The translations under genes and the position numbers were made by a program. From Klebsormidium nitens (taxonomy: Eukaryota > Plantae > Klebsormidiophyceae), in the NCBI GenBank assembly GCA_000708835.1, contig DF237023.1:173654-237653 (forward strand): 64,000 nt of DNA, written 5' to 3'. This document shows positions 38,736 through 48,644 of the stretch, piece by piece; positions within the stretch are counted from its first letter, which is position 1; each line of letters opens with the position of its first letter. Under the pieces are notes generated by a model. That model was not told the DNA's origin. It saw only the letters and a list, made by a program, of their open reading frames with translations, and ran no database searches.

Positions 38736-40130
38736 ATCTCAGCGCTTCGGTAGTCATGACACAAACCGAGTAATCAGTCGAGTTCTGTTCCTAAGTGCTT
38801 GTGGAGAGTTAGCTGCCAGAACATTGAGGGTTTGAAGTGAGCAGAAGACTTTATAGGGTACCTTTGAACAGATGTACTTGTAATGGTCCAGACCTTCAGT
38901 GTAATACTTAGAGCTGCGGATGAGGCAATGCCTAGAACACCACTGTAACATTTGCATCGTTTCACCCTGATTGTATTAAGCTCTCCACCACATTTCAACT
39001 CTCATTGCTTGCATCGTCTTTTCAATCTCTTCGCCTCGTCATAGCCAATGATTCTTCTGTTCTTATTTCCCCTTCAATGCTTGCATTACTCCCCATTCTA
39101 GTTTTCGTTCTGACTCTATGAGGCTGCTAAAACTTACTATAGGATTCTTTTGGCATGTCCTGAAGGCTGATATCTTTGTTCCTTCTTTTCAATCTCACCT
39201 CCTTCGCTTCTTCAGTGGTTTCCATCCCTTCCGTTCCGTTCACATTCCGCTCAACCGCTCTGGCTTTCCGTTCGCAAGGTGCCTCGAGTCCCTTTAAAAC
39301 CAATTTCCTCCCTTGTTTCATCGCTTTTCGTAATTCGTTCAGTCGAAGTTGATGTTCGTATCCTGCATTTGTTTTATCAATCTTTAAACAATTCTGTTTA
39401 TGTCCGTTCCTGTTTCTCCGTTCCGTTATTTTCTCCGTTCCGTTTACGTTCCGTTGATGTTGACGTTATCGTTCCGTTGCAGATTTTTCTTTGACGATTA
39501 GTATCAATCTTCAGTCCGTTCAATTTCCAAACACTTCCCAGCTTCAGGGGGATACCTCGTTCTTGTTTTCCGGTTACAGTTTCTTTTCTCATCCCTTTCC
39601 GATTTCGAGTTCGTTCCGTTCACGTTGAACGTTTCTTCCGATTTTCACCCCGCTCTAGTTCGTCCGTTTTCTGCCCGATTTTCTTCAGTGTCTTCGTTTC
39701 AGTCGGCGTCAACCTTGTCGCTGTCGTTGCTATAGACAGACTTTCCGGTTTCACCAGTTCTCTCTTCTCTGCTTTTCACGCCCCGGTTTTTGCTCCTCTA
39801 GTTTAAATAAGCGCTGCCACGTGGCAGGCTGTGATTCGTGCTATTTGGGAAGCAACGTTTGCTCCCAATTGTTGTACCCATATCGATCGAACCTGAGCCG
39901 CTTGCGTATCTCGTCTTCTTTGGCAGCGCTTCGTGTCCCTCGTCGTTAGAAGGAGAAATTTTGCTCGGTTTCCATCTTTCATTTGTCCTGCCTCGGAGAG
40001 GATGCTCTCTTGAGAGTTTCATCCCATAGTCTGAATCTATCCTGGCTGATCCGAGGCCCGTTCAAGCTTCTTCTGTGTTTCTATTTTGTGATTCCCGTTC
40101 TCATGTTTCGGTTCTCTTCCTTTCTTTCCG

Positions 40131-42233
40131 TTGTTTGCAGCCACTGAGGAGTCTTTGCACAAACTCGCCGACTTGACTGATGCCGCCGAATTTGAGGGGT
40201 TCCGCGATCCGGCTAAGAACGCGGCTGCGAAGGAGTCCGCCCCCAAGCGCGAGCCCTACCTGCGTCACAGGCTCCGCCGTCATGTCGAGTTCTGGCAGTC
40301 CTTCGTCACCTCTAGCTTTGTGATGGGAATTCTGCTGTCTGGCTATATGCTGCCTTGGTTATCTGGCCCCCCAACTGAGCCTCACCGCTTTCCTAACCAT
40401 CCGTCAGCCTTCGAGCATGCCAGCTTCGTCACGGATGCCGTCAGCAGCCTCGCCGCGACCGGCACAATTCAGCCTGTTTCCGACCCCCCCTTCCTAGTTA
40501 GTCCTCTAGGAGTCGTACCTAAGGCGGAAGACAAGCTGCGCCTCATCTTGGATCTTCGTTTTCTCAATCAATTTCTTCAAATTACGAAATTCAAGGACGA
40601 GTCGATCAGGATGATCTCGGAGCTGTGCCTGCCCAAGGACCTCCTGTTCACCATCGACCTCAAGGCGGGGTACCACCACATCGACATCTTCGAGCCGCAC
40701 TGGAAGTACTTAGGCTTCCAGTGGCGGGGCCAGTATTACGTTTTTACACAACTTCCTTTCGGTCTGGCGCCTGCGTGCTACGTTTTCACGATGGTGATGC
40801 GCCAACTCACCAAGTCCTGGCGCGCTCGCGGGTATTGTCTAGTTCATTACATTGACGACTTCTTTTTTGCCTGCCGAAGCTCGGCCGAGTTTGCCCGCGT
40901 CCAGGCGTGCGTACTTGCAGATCTTGCGGCTGCTGGCTTTGTGGTTTCTAAGGAGAAATGCCAACTCAAGAGCAGCCACGTGGTGAAGTTTCTTGGTTTC
41001 GTAGTGGACACCCTGTTCGGTCATTTTCGCCTGACAGCGCTGCAAAAGAGCAAGCTGCACTCCGCCATCGAGGCGTGCTTCCGCAACCCCCGGTCCGTCC
41101 CTGCGAAAACCGTCGCTCGCGTTACAGGCCTGATTACCTCCCTCTTGCTAGTTACAGGGCCTATCTCGGGTCTCTTCTCGCGCTTCTTGCATCGAGCCTT
41201 AGCTACTCGCTCTTCCTGGTACAGCAAAGTGCAGCTCGATAGCGCAGCTTTAGGCGAGCTTCTTTTCTGGAAGGACCGGCTTCCTCGCTTTGAAAGCCGT
41301 GACATCTGGCGTAAGCACTCCGTGCTTCGCGTTCTGTTTTACGACGCCGGCGGTCAAGGTTGGGGCGGGCATTTGGAGATTGGCTCTGAGCAGCACGAGG
41401 CGCACGGTTCCTGGGAGGCACACGAGGTGCATGGCGTGGCTTCGTCCACGTGGCGGGAGCTGTCTGGTCTTCTCCGGTTGCTTCGCGCTTTTCGACCTCT
41501 CCTAATCGATTGCACAGTCATCGCGCGCGGCGACGCGCTGAACGTCTTCTCTATCCTGTCCAAGGGCGGTTCTGCTAAGGAGCATTTGCAATCAATCTGC
41601 ATCGAGCTTTTTGCGTTCTGTTCCGGGCAGCGGATCGAGCTTCGACCGGAATGGCTGCCGAGAGAGGAGAACGCGCGCGCGGACTACTTGAGCAAAGTTC
41701 GTGATGTTGACGACTTCGGGCTTTTTGCGGAGGCTTTTGCTTTTGTTTCAGCGCGTTTTGGTCCGTTTACGGTCGATCGGTTCGCCAGCGAGCACAATGC
41801 AAAGCTCCCTAGATTCGACGCGTCTTACTGGTGTCCCGGCGCGGCGGCCGCGAACACTTTCATCCAGGATTGGGGTGGCGAAGAGAGAAACTATTGTTTC
41901 CCTCCACCGAATCTCGTCGCTCCGACGCTTCGGCACGCGCGCGCGTGCCGCGCGCGCATGACGCTCATTGTGCTCAGCTGGCGCTCTGCTCCGTGGTGGC
42001 CGCTCCTGTGCGGCAGCGTGGACTCCGGCCGGGGGTTCGCACCGTTCGTTCGGCAGCAGCTCTACTTTCCTGCGGGGCGCGAGGTCCTGGTCCCCGGTCG
42101 TGCGTTGCGTGACCGGTTCTTTGGGAAAGGCGTTCCCATTTCCGACGTGTTCGCACTTGACATCGACTTCCGCGCTCAGGTTAGCGTCCTTTTGTCGTCG
42201 CTCAGTCTTTCCTATTCTTATTCCTTTGCTTAA
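40131..42233 (+). CDS. DIRS pol: reverse transcriptase + RNase H + DAM-methyltransferase-like domain (5' end probably supplied by splicing at 40141)
   Basis: RT: SPLGVVPK..KLRLILDLRFLN, TIDLKAGYHHI, LPFGLAPA, HYIDDFF, KFLGFVVD. RNase H: YDAGGQGWGG, SSTWRELSG, GDALN, WLPREENARADYLSK. MT-like: FTVDRFASEHNAKLPRF..WCPGAAAANTFIQDW..NYCFPP..W..APWWPLL. Confidence 0.93.
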   Translation: MFAATEESLHKLADLTDAAEFEGFRDPAKNAAAKESAPKREPYLRHRLRRHVEFWQSFVTSSFVMGILLSGYMLPWLSGPPTEPHRFPNHPSAFEHASFVTDAVSSLAATGTIQPVSDPPFLVSPLGVVPKAEDKLRLILDLRFLNQFLQITKFKDESIRMISELCLPKDLLFTIDLKAGYHHIDIFEPHWKYLGFQWRGQYYVFTQLPFGLAPACYVFTMVMRQLTKSWRARGYCLVHYIDDFFFACRSSAEFARVQACVLADLAAAGFVVSKEKCQLKSSHVVKFLGFVVDTLFGHFRLTALQKSKLHSAIEACFRNPRSVPAKTVARVTGLITSLLLVTGPISGLFSRFLHRALATRSSWYSKVQLDSAALGELLFWKDRLPRFESRDIWRKHSVLRVLFYDAGGQGWGGHLEIGSEQHEAHGSWEAHEVHGVASSTWRELSGLLRLLRAFRPLLIDCTVIARGDALNVFSILSKGGSAKEHLQSICIELFAFCSGQRIELRPEWLPREENARADYLSKVRDVDDFGLFAEAFAFVSARFGPFTVDRFASEHNAKLPRFDASYWCPGAAAANTFIQDWGGEERNYCFPPPNLVAPTLRHARACRARMTLIVLSWRSAPWWPLLCGSVDSGRGFAPFVRQQLYFPAGREVLVPGRALRDRFFGKGVPISDVFALDIDFRAQVSVLLSSLSLSYSYSFA

Positions 42234-42243
42234 ATTTTTGCAG

Positions 42244-43313
42244 ATTGGTTTAACTTTGAAAGCTGGGACCTCCACGCGGCCGGTCTGCCGTCCGCCGACC
42301 CGGAACTTGCCAGACTGTCTGTCGATCTTCACGATGCCGCCCTGCTTTGCCGCGCTGCCTCCACGTTTCGTACCTACTCTGGGCCCTGGAAACATTACAA
42401 GCAGTGGTGCCAAAAGAAGGGGGTCCCCGCTTTGCCTTCCAGCCCCTTGACAGTCGCGCTCTACATGATGCGGCTTCTCCGCACCGCCAACACTCCTTCT
42501 CCTTTGATGACGTTCTCTGGCGCAGTGTACCTGAATCACTCACTTGCTGGCCTTCCGTCCCCGACGAACCACCCTCTCGTTCAAATGGCACGCGAGACGG
42601 CCCGCCGGATCAAAGTTGCTGGTAAAAACCAGAAAAGGCCGTTTCTCGCTTCACAAATCCGTCGCCTTTTTGAGCTTTGGGGTAGTTTTTCAGCCAACCT
42701 CCACCAACTTATGAAGCTTACTGCCATCACCCTTTGCTACACATCATTCCTGCGTTACGACGACCTGGTTGCAATTCCCTGGCAGTCTATCAAGTTCGTC
42801 GCTCAGTCCCACATGGAGCTCTTCATTCCGGACAGCAAAACCGACCAGTACCGCAGGGGCGAGACGATTTACATCGCTCGCTTGGGTGGTCCATTCTGTC
42901 CCGTCAGCTTAGTCCAACGCTTGCTCGAGGTCGGCCAGTACCGCCTTTTTGGCAACGGTTCCCTGATTCGCTCAACGCTGATTTTCCCTCCTAGCCAGCG
43001 CATCAAGTCTACCGCACCGTGCTATTCTACCGTTCTTGCTTGGTTCAAGGAGGCAGCTTTTGTTTCCGGTCTCGATCCTCAGTACTATGGCACCCACTCG
43101 GGCAGACGCGGCGGCGCAACTGGCGCCGCTGCTAACGACGTCCCTGATCGCCTTTTCAAGGGCCACGGCCGCTGGCGCTCTGAACGTGCAAAGGACATGT
43201 ACGTGAAGGAGAAGCTTCAGGCGAAACTTTCAGTGACCCGGAACCTTGGCCTTCAGGAAGATATTCCCATTGCCCAACTCCGCGAGTTTGAGCGCGAAGC
43301 CTGTTTGATCTGA
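42244..43313 (+). CDS. DIRS tyrosine recombinase (N-terminal SAM-like domain + catalytic domain)
   Basis: The frame is open from 42234. N-domain RAASTFRTYSGPWKHYKQWC..LPSSPLTVALYM; catalytic residues FLRYDD (R), SKTDQYRRG (K), THSGRRGGAT (H..R), GRWRS..KDMY (W, Y). The first ATG, at 42465, is inside the domain. Confidence 0.92.
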
Positions 43314-44058
43314 TACTGTTGTTGTTGCATCTCAGGTACGCCCTAGTCCTCTTCTTTATTTCATTCCTTCTTGTTTTCCTGCTTCCTTCCACCTTCCTCA
43401 TTTCCCATAACCTCCTCTTAACCTCACTCTAAACCCTTTCCGTGCTGCTGTGTTCTGTGACGCCTTGCACGAGCCACTTGCCAAACCTCGTGCTTCATCA
43501 CATCTCACTGTCATTCGCTGCAGTGCACTTGCAGTGCACTGCTGCTCATTCGCAAGTTCTCGTTTATAGCAGAGAACCTGGAATTCGAGTGTGGAGTCGG
43601 AGTCAGTGTGACGGTCCAGGGGTTCTGGCGGGGCGCCAAACGGGGCGCAGAGCGCCCCCGGGCAGATCCTGGCGCCCCAGGGCGGCAGCCCGGGGCGCCA
43701 GAGCGCCCCGGCCCGAAGCCCCGAGGAACTATCTGGCCTGGGCAGGGCGGCCGGCCGCGCCCCAGGGTCGCGGCTGGGCACCCCGGGCCGGAGCCCCGAG
43801 GCGCCAAAGCGCCTCCGGGCAAAATCCTGCTAGAAGAGTAGCCACGGTACGCCGTACGGTACTCCTAGTCGGCTGGCTGGCTGGCCAGCGCCTTGTCGCC
43901 ACTAGCGAACCATATCTGCAGAGTGCATAATGCAGCTGCACCTGCCTGGGAAATTTGCCTGTCTGCGAAATAACCTTCAACCTTCGAAGTTCGCGATTCA
44001 CCGGGCACCTACTCGATCTCAATTTCAGGTTGACTTACCGTATATGAATTGATGGCAA

Positions 44059-44243
44059 ATGTTCACATTTATCATTGACTTGTGGACAGTGCTCGGGGAC
44101 AAGAACAAAACCAGAACCCTCAACCCAGAATTAACAAGCTCCACGGTGAGTCCACACCCGTACCCACCCTAACCCCCAAAGTTCAAACCAACCAGACCTG
44201 TCTCCCGGGCGTCCTCCTTGATAAACAACTTGATTGAACATGG
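44059..44243. mobile_element. Diverged second copy of the 11744-11933 MITE-like element, inverted orientation
   Basis: Its reverse complement contains ggttggtttg..gggggttagggtgggtacgggtgtgga and ttttgttcttgtccccgagcactgtcc. These match ggttggtttgggggttaggttgggtacgggtgcgga and ttttgtgtttcccccgagcacagtcc in copy 1. The TIRs are degraded. Confidence 0.65.
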
Positions 44244-45386
44244 AGCCACGAAGCCTGTTTCTTTGTCTCTCGAATACCTATCACCAGGTTCCTCGGGAGG
44301 GCCTGAAAACAGCTACCGGTCCGTCTAGGCCGACTCATGAGCTAGAGAGCAAGACTTGGTATTCTCTCCCGGAACTTCCGAACACAATCCAGGAGTGAAA
44401 ACCGTGCATGTCAGATTCCTGTTTTAGCTAGCAGGTACCGTGAACCGAAGCGTTCATGACTGCCAGCCTGCATGCCGGGCACAGGCTGGCGGGAGAGCTT
44501 TGAGAGTCGACCCTGCGTTTTAGGACGGCTGGCCAGGGGGCTCGAGCCTGCCTGGGTCTACCTACATAGGCGACTGGCCTGTCTAGGCTCTACCTACCGG
44601 TATTTGCGGATAAGCACAGAACCTACTAGTACTAGGCTATAAAGCAGCAGAAGCTAGCTACGTATAGGTAGTACGACGCCGTTTCTACTACGGTACAAAT
44701 AAAAACAATCTACCGTACCTACCTAGGACCTAACGTAGACTGTAGTACCGGTATTATACGGTTAGGTAGGTACAACAAATTAGGTAGGTACCGTCTTAGT
44801 GCCCACTGCCTTGGTTCTTAGCTCCGCCGCCGTTCGCCTGCATGGGGTATTATGGGGGGCGACTGGGCAGCGCTGAGCGGGCAAGTCAGCGTGGATGTCG
44901 TCAGCGTGCGAACAAAATGTCGCCAGAAAACATATGCATAACGACACGGCATGATGCCTGAGCAGTACGTGAGGATGAGCAGTGCCGAATGCTGAGGCGG
45001 CGGCGTTTTAGCCCTCCGAACAGCTTTCAATATATATGATCAACCACGGCCAACTTGCCGGAGGAGAGCTTTCAGTACGCTTTCAGTAGGGCTGCAGATT
45101 GCTTATGAGCAATGTTCACAAAGCAGCTGGACGCAGCTAGTATGCGCAGCGTTAAGCATTACCAGCCTGTAACTGCGCCTTACATGCCATAGAGTGACTT
45201 GATGACGTAATAGTAAGGCTATAGCTGCAGTCACGGACATTCAAGACGCTCTTGCACAATTGGTACAAAGGAGCTGAGTTCGTCGCACCACCCGTCATTT
45301 CTCACTTCTCAAACTTTCTCAAGTGCTCCTCCAGCTACAGCCCACCATCGCACCAAATCAGCTGAAAGCGCCACTGGCAGCCAGCT

Positions 45387-48300
45387 ATGAAACCCGCCCA
45401 CTCTGTGCTCCTCTTCGGGGCCCTCCTCGCTGTTGCCGCAATTGCGGACGCCACCACCACCTGTAGTTCTGGCCGTTCTGGCAGCGGCACGTGCAAATGT
45501 GATGGCAGCGGTTTCGGCGTCCGGGGCAGCTGCAAGACTGAGAACAACTGCAACACCAACAAGAACTTCATTTTTGGAGCGTCTAACACCTGCCAGTGTA
45601 AGTCCGGCTACTATAAGTACAGTTTGACTACTTGCAAAACGTGCAAAGATGCGGCGCATACCTCCAAGACAACTTCATCATGCACACCGCCAGTAACCTG
45701 CCCCAGTGGCCACAGAGACGGGGGGTCAGGCAAGTGCACGTGCAACTCCAATATCCCCGCCGAATTGAGGACCTCGAAGGACACTTGCAAGTGCAAATTG
45801 GGCCAAGGGAGCACCGGTGTCTGCGGCGACCCGGTAAGCAATCTTACCGCCTTTATTTTGCTGTTGTCTTTGGTCCTGATTGGTGCAAGTCTGCTCAAGC
45901 ATTGCCTTGCCAGTCAACCTCTGATAAGGTGTCCCTTGTCAAGGGGATTTTTGCCAAAATATGGTATGAAGCAACAATAGGTGCACTTGGTGGCTTGGTG
46001 GCCAGAACTGCCAGTAAAAGGAAAAGCTGGGCTGCAGCTAAGCACTCATGCAGGCACACAGCTTTGGAGCACACCCAGCTGATTGAGTAGGTTTCACAAG
46101 TTCTAAAGCGAAAGGCGCTTCCTTTGTTTGGGATGCAGAGCTGTGTCCTTTCGTCTCTAAGTTCTTTCTGCCAGCTTGGTTGTTGACAAATGCACTCGCC
46201 GCTCCTTTGCAGCATTTCATCGGAGGCAATGGCGTCAGGTACGACTTCCACGGTGAGTACTCAGCAGCTCCTTTCTTCTTCAAGGGTTGTTGTCTAGTAG
46301 ACACGCACACGCTTTGACAGTAGGCTGCAGTCAGAGACCGGAAGTCTGTCAGCCAGCTGTCCTCGCGAATACTGGTACAAGGCTTTACATATATCACCTT
46401 GAATGAAATGTTACTCTGCTTGTACACATAATTCGGTCGAATCAACTTTTCTGCTGGGGTGTGAGACCAAGCATCCCTCAGATTCTGTTTGAGAGCCTTT
46501 CAGCAGACCTGTGTTATGTGAACACTTGCCTTCTAATACGGCCTCCTCACGTGTTTGCTCCGTCACAGGATGCGAAGTCCAGGGTTGTCCACACTTTGAC
46601 GAATTATTGACCAGGCAGCTCACAGTCTTCCCCTTCTTCTGCAGGTGTCCCTGAGAAGTCCTTCTGCCTCATTTCCGACAAGGCCTTCCACCTGAACGCT
46701 CACTTCATCGGCCAAAACGGCCTAGAGACTGGCATGGACGGCACCTGGATGGACCAGCTTGGATTTGTCTTCGTGTCTGGCAGCAAGCAGCACTCCCTCT
46801 CCGTGCACCTTGTCTCTGTAAGTTCCCTACCTGCAAATTGCAAACTACATGAAGTGATCTCTATGAGAGGGATACATACTTGGAAATCAAAGCTCTCTTG
46901 GGTTTGTACCCCTCTCCTGCTTGCTTCAAAATGAGGGTCAGGCAAGACGAGATTATATGCTAGTGGATGCCAATCCAAGCATACAACACATGGTGATCTA
47001 CAAATTTTGCTGCTTGCTTCCTCAAAATGTGCTCTCTCAAGTGCATGCCTCTGCATGCTTTTCAAAACACCATCTTTTAGAAGCCTGAATCAGCAGTACT
47101 TTTCTTCCTCTCTTCTTCTGATTGCCTCCGACTGTCTACATATGTGACGGCCCTGCCAATCCTCCCCCAGAACAGAGCGCCTGACTTTGTTCACAAAGCA
47201 ACTGACCTTTACTCCTCCTTTGCTGTCCAGGAGGAGGACTTCGCCAACGAGGTTTCAGACGTCTTCGTGGTGGCTTACGACTCTTCTCCCATCACTGTCA
47301 GCCTCCCCACCAGCGGCAAGAACGTGTGGACGTCCGATGACGGCCTTGTGACCATCTCTCGGACGTCCGAGGTGGCCAGGCTGACCCTGACGCTCAAGGG
47401 CCACTTCCAGACGACTCTTACCGCCAGCGAGCACGAGTTCCCTGACGGTCACCACATCGACTTCGATGTTGACGTCATGAACATCACCAGTACGTTATCT
47501 CACCCAAAAACACACGCCAGAGTATTATTGCCATTCTGGTGACTTCTCTAGGCTTGCAGAATCTTCAGTTCCTTCGTTTGCCGCGCTTCGCTCTTCAGTA
47601 GGTCCGTTAGTCCTTCCGAAACCGGCTAGCCATGAAACGGCTATCTGCAAGGGTTGGGAGTGCTGTAGCAAAAGAAATGTTTGCAAGCAATTTCCAACCT
47701 CTGCTCAAGAGCGCCTGCCTCGATCCTTTTCTCCTTGTTTCGGTGGCTCGCTTTCCTGGCCCCTCACTCGCTTTCCGCTGGCCTCTCTCGCTCACTTCTC
47801 TTATTCCATATACTCAAAGTACTGTTCCCTTTTCTTGCAGACTCTGCTCATGGCATCCTGGGGCAGACCTTCCAGCCGGAGCGCCTCCACGTGGTTGCTG
47901 GCAGCGCCGAGAAGAAGATGGACCAGGCCGACGTTGTCGAGGGCGGCGATCACGGTGAGCCCTCCGTTCCACGTGTGTCGCCAGTTGTTGGAATAACAGA
48001 ACAGATGAAAACAAGGCCTTTATGTCAACTGTGGCTCACAGCCTCGCATGGTGCCGTCTGAATTTGGACAAGACTGGCGCTACATACGTATGCAATCTTT
48101 TCGCCTTTGTGCGCTGGTGAGGAGTTTTCTTACGTTCTCTGGTTGAAGACCTTTTTTAAGAAGCTTTGGACCAGGCATCAGGCTCTGCAAAGCCGATCAG
48201 CGAGCTCTAAGCAAGAACGCCAGGTCGCAAGGGCGTGTCTAGAGCTTAAGGAGGCTCCCTCTCTCTTTGACGCTGGTCGAGAAGCCCTGTCTTGCGTCAC

Positions 48301-48644
48301 CACCTTGAAACAGAAAGCAACGTGATGATGAGCGGACTCTTTCTGACCTTCTGTTGCTCTATTCATGTCCGCACTTTCTGCTATCATCTCTCTTCGCTGA
48401 TTCTAATGTTTGTGCTCCATTGGAATCCCCGAGAGGAAGAAGACTTATACAAGCTCTCGCTTCCTATGCAGACTACATCTCCACCAACCTGATGGCCACT
48501 GACTGCAAGTTTTCCCGGTACTCTGCCCCGAGCCTCATCACCCTCACCCGCCGCCTGATGGGAGGAGCCCGGTTGGAGGAGCCCGTCTACTCCCACTCCC
48601 TCAGCTGCGCCAGCGACGCCGGCTATGTCAGCTGCATGATTTAA
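45387..48644 (+). CDS. Secreted Cys-rich Root_cap (VWD-like) domain protein, copy 2
   Basis: Six phase-consistent exons: 45387-45833, 46213-46252, 46645-46817, 47231-47489, 47841-47954, 48472-48644. Signal peptide, 16-Cys N-terminal region, CGDP|HFIGGNGVRYDFHG, SFCLISDKAFHLNAHFIG, GTWMDQLG, AHGILGQTF, YISTNLMATDCKFSRY. Confidence 0.9.

Larger units (their letters stand above)
37379..43840 (+). mobile_element. Tyrosine-recombinase (DIRS-order) retrotransposon with gag - RT/RNaseH/MT - YR order; ends approximate
   Basis: Three uninterrupted co-oriented ORFs with a gag zinc knuckle, RT, RNase H, a DNA-methyltransferase-like domain and a tyrosine recombinase. No DDE integrase or protease is present. 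No long terminal repeat was identified by eye. Confidence 0.9.

Noticed and set aside
42180-42243. Short intron joining pol directly to YR (CAG|GTTAGC...TTTGCAG)
   Set aside because: The donor is phase 0 and the acceptor is phase 1, so the product is out of the YR frame.
41748-42539. 263-aa minus-strand ORF, plus other ORFs antisense to or overlapping pol/YR
   Set aside because: These are shadows of GC-rich coding sequence with no recognisable motifs.
43398-44022. Several overlapping 77-162 aa ORFs
   Set aside because: They are explained by extreme GC content (few stops) and give low-complexity P/G/R/A products.
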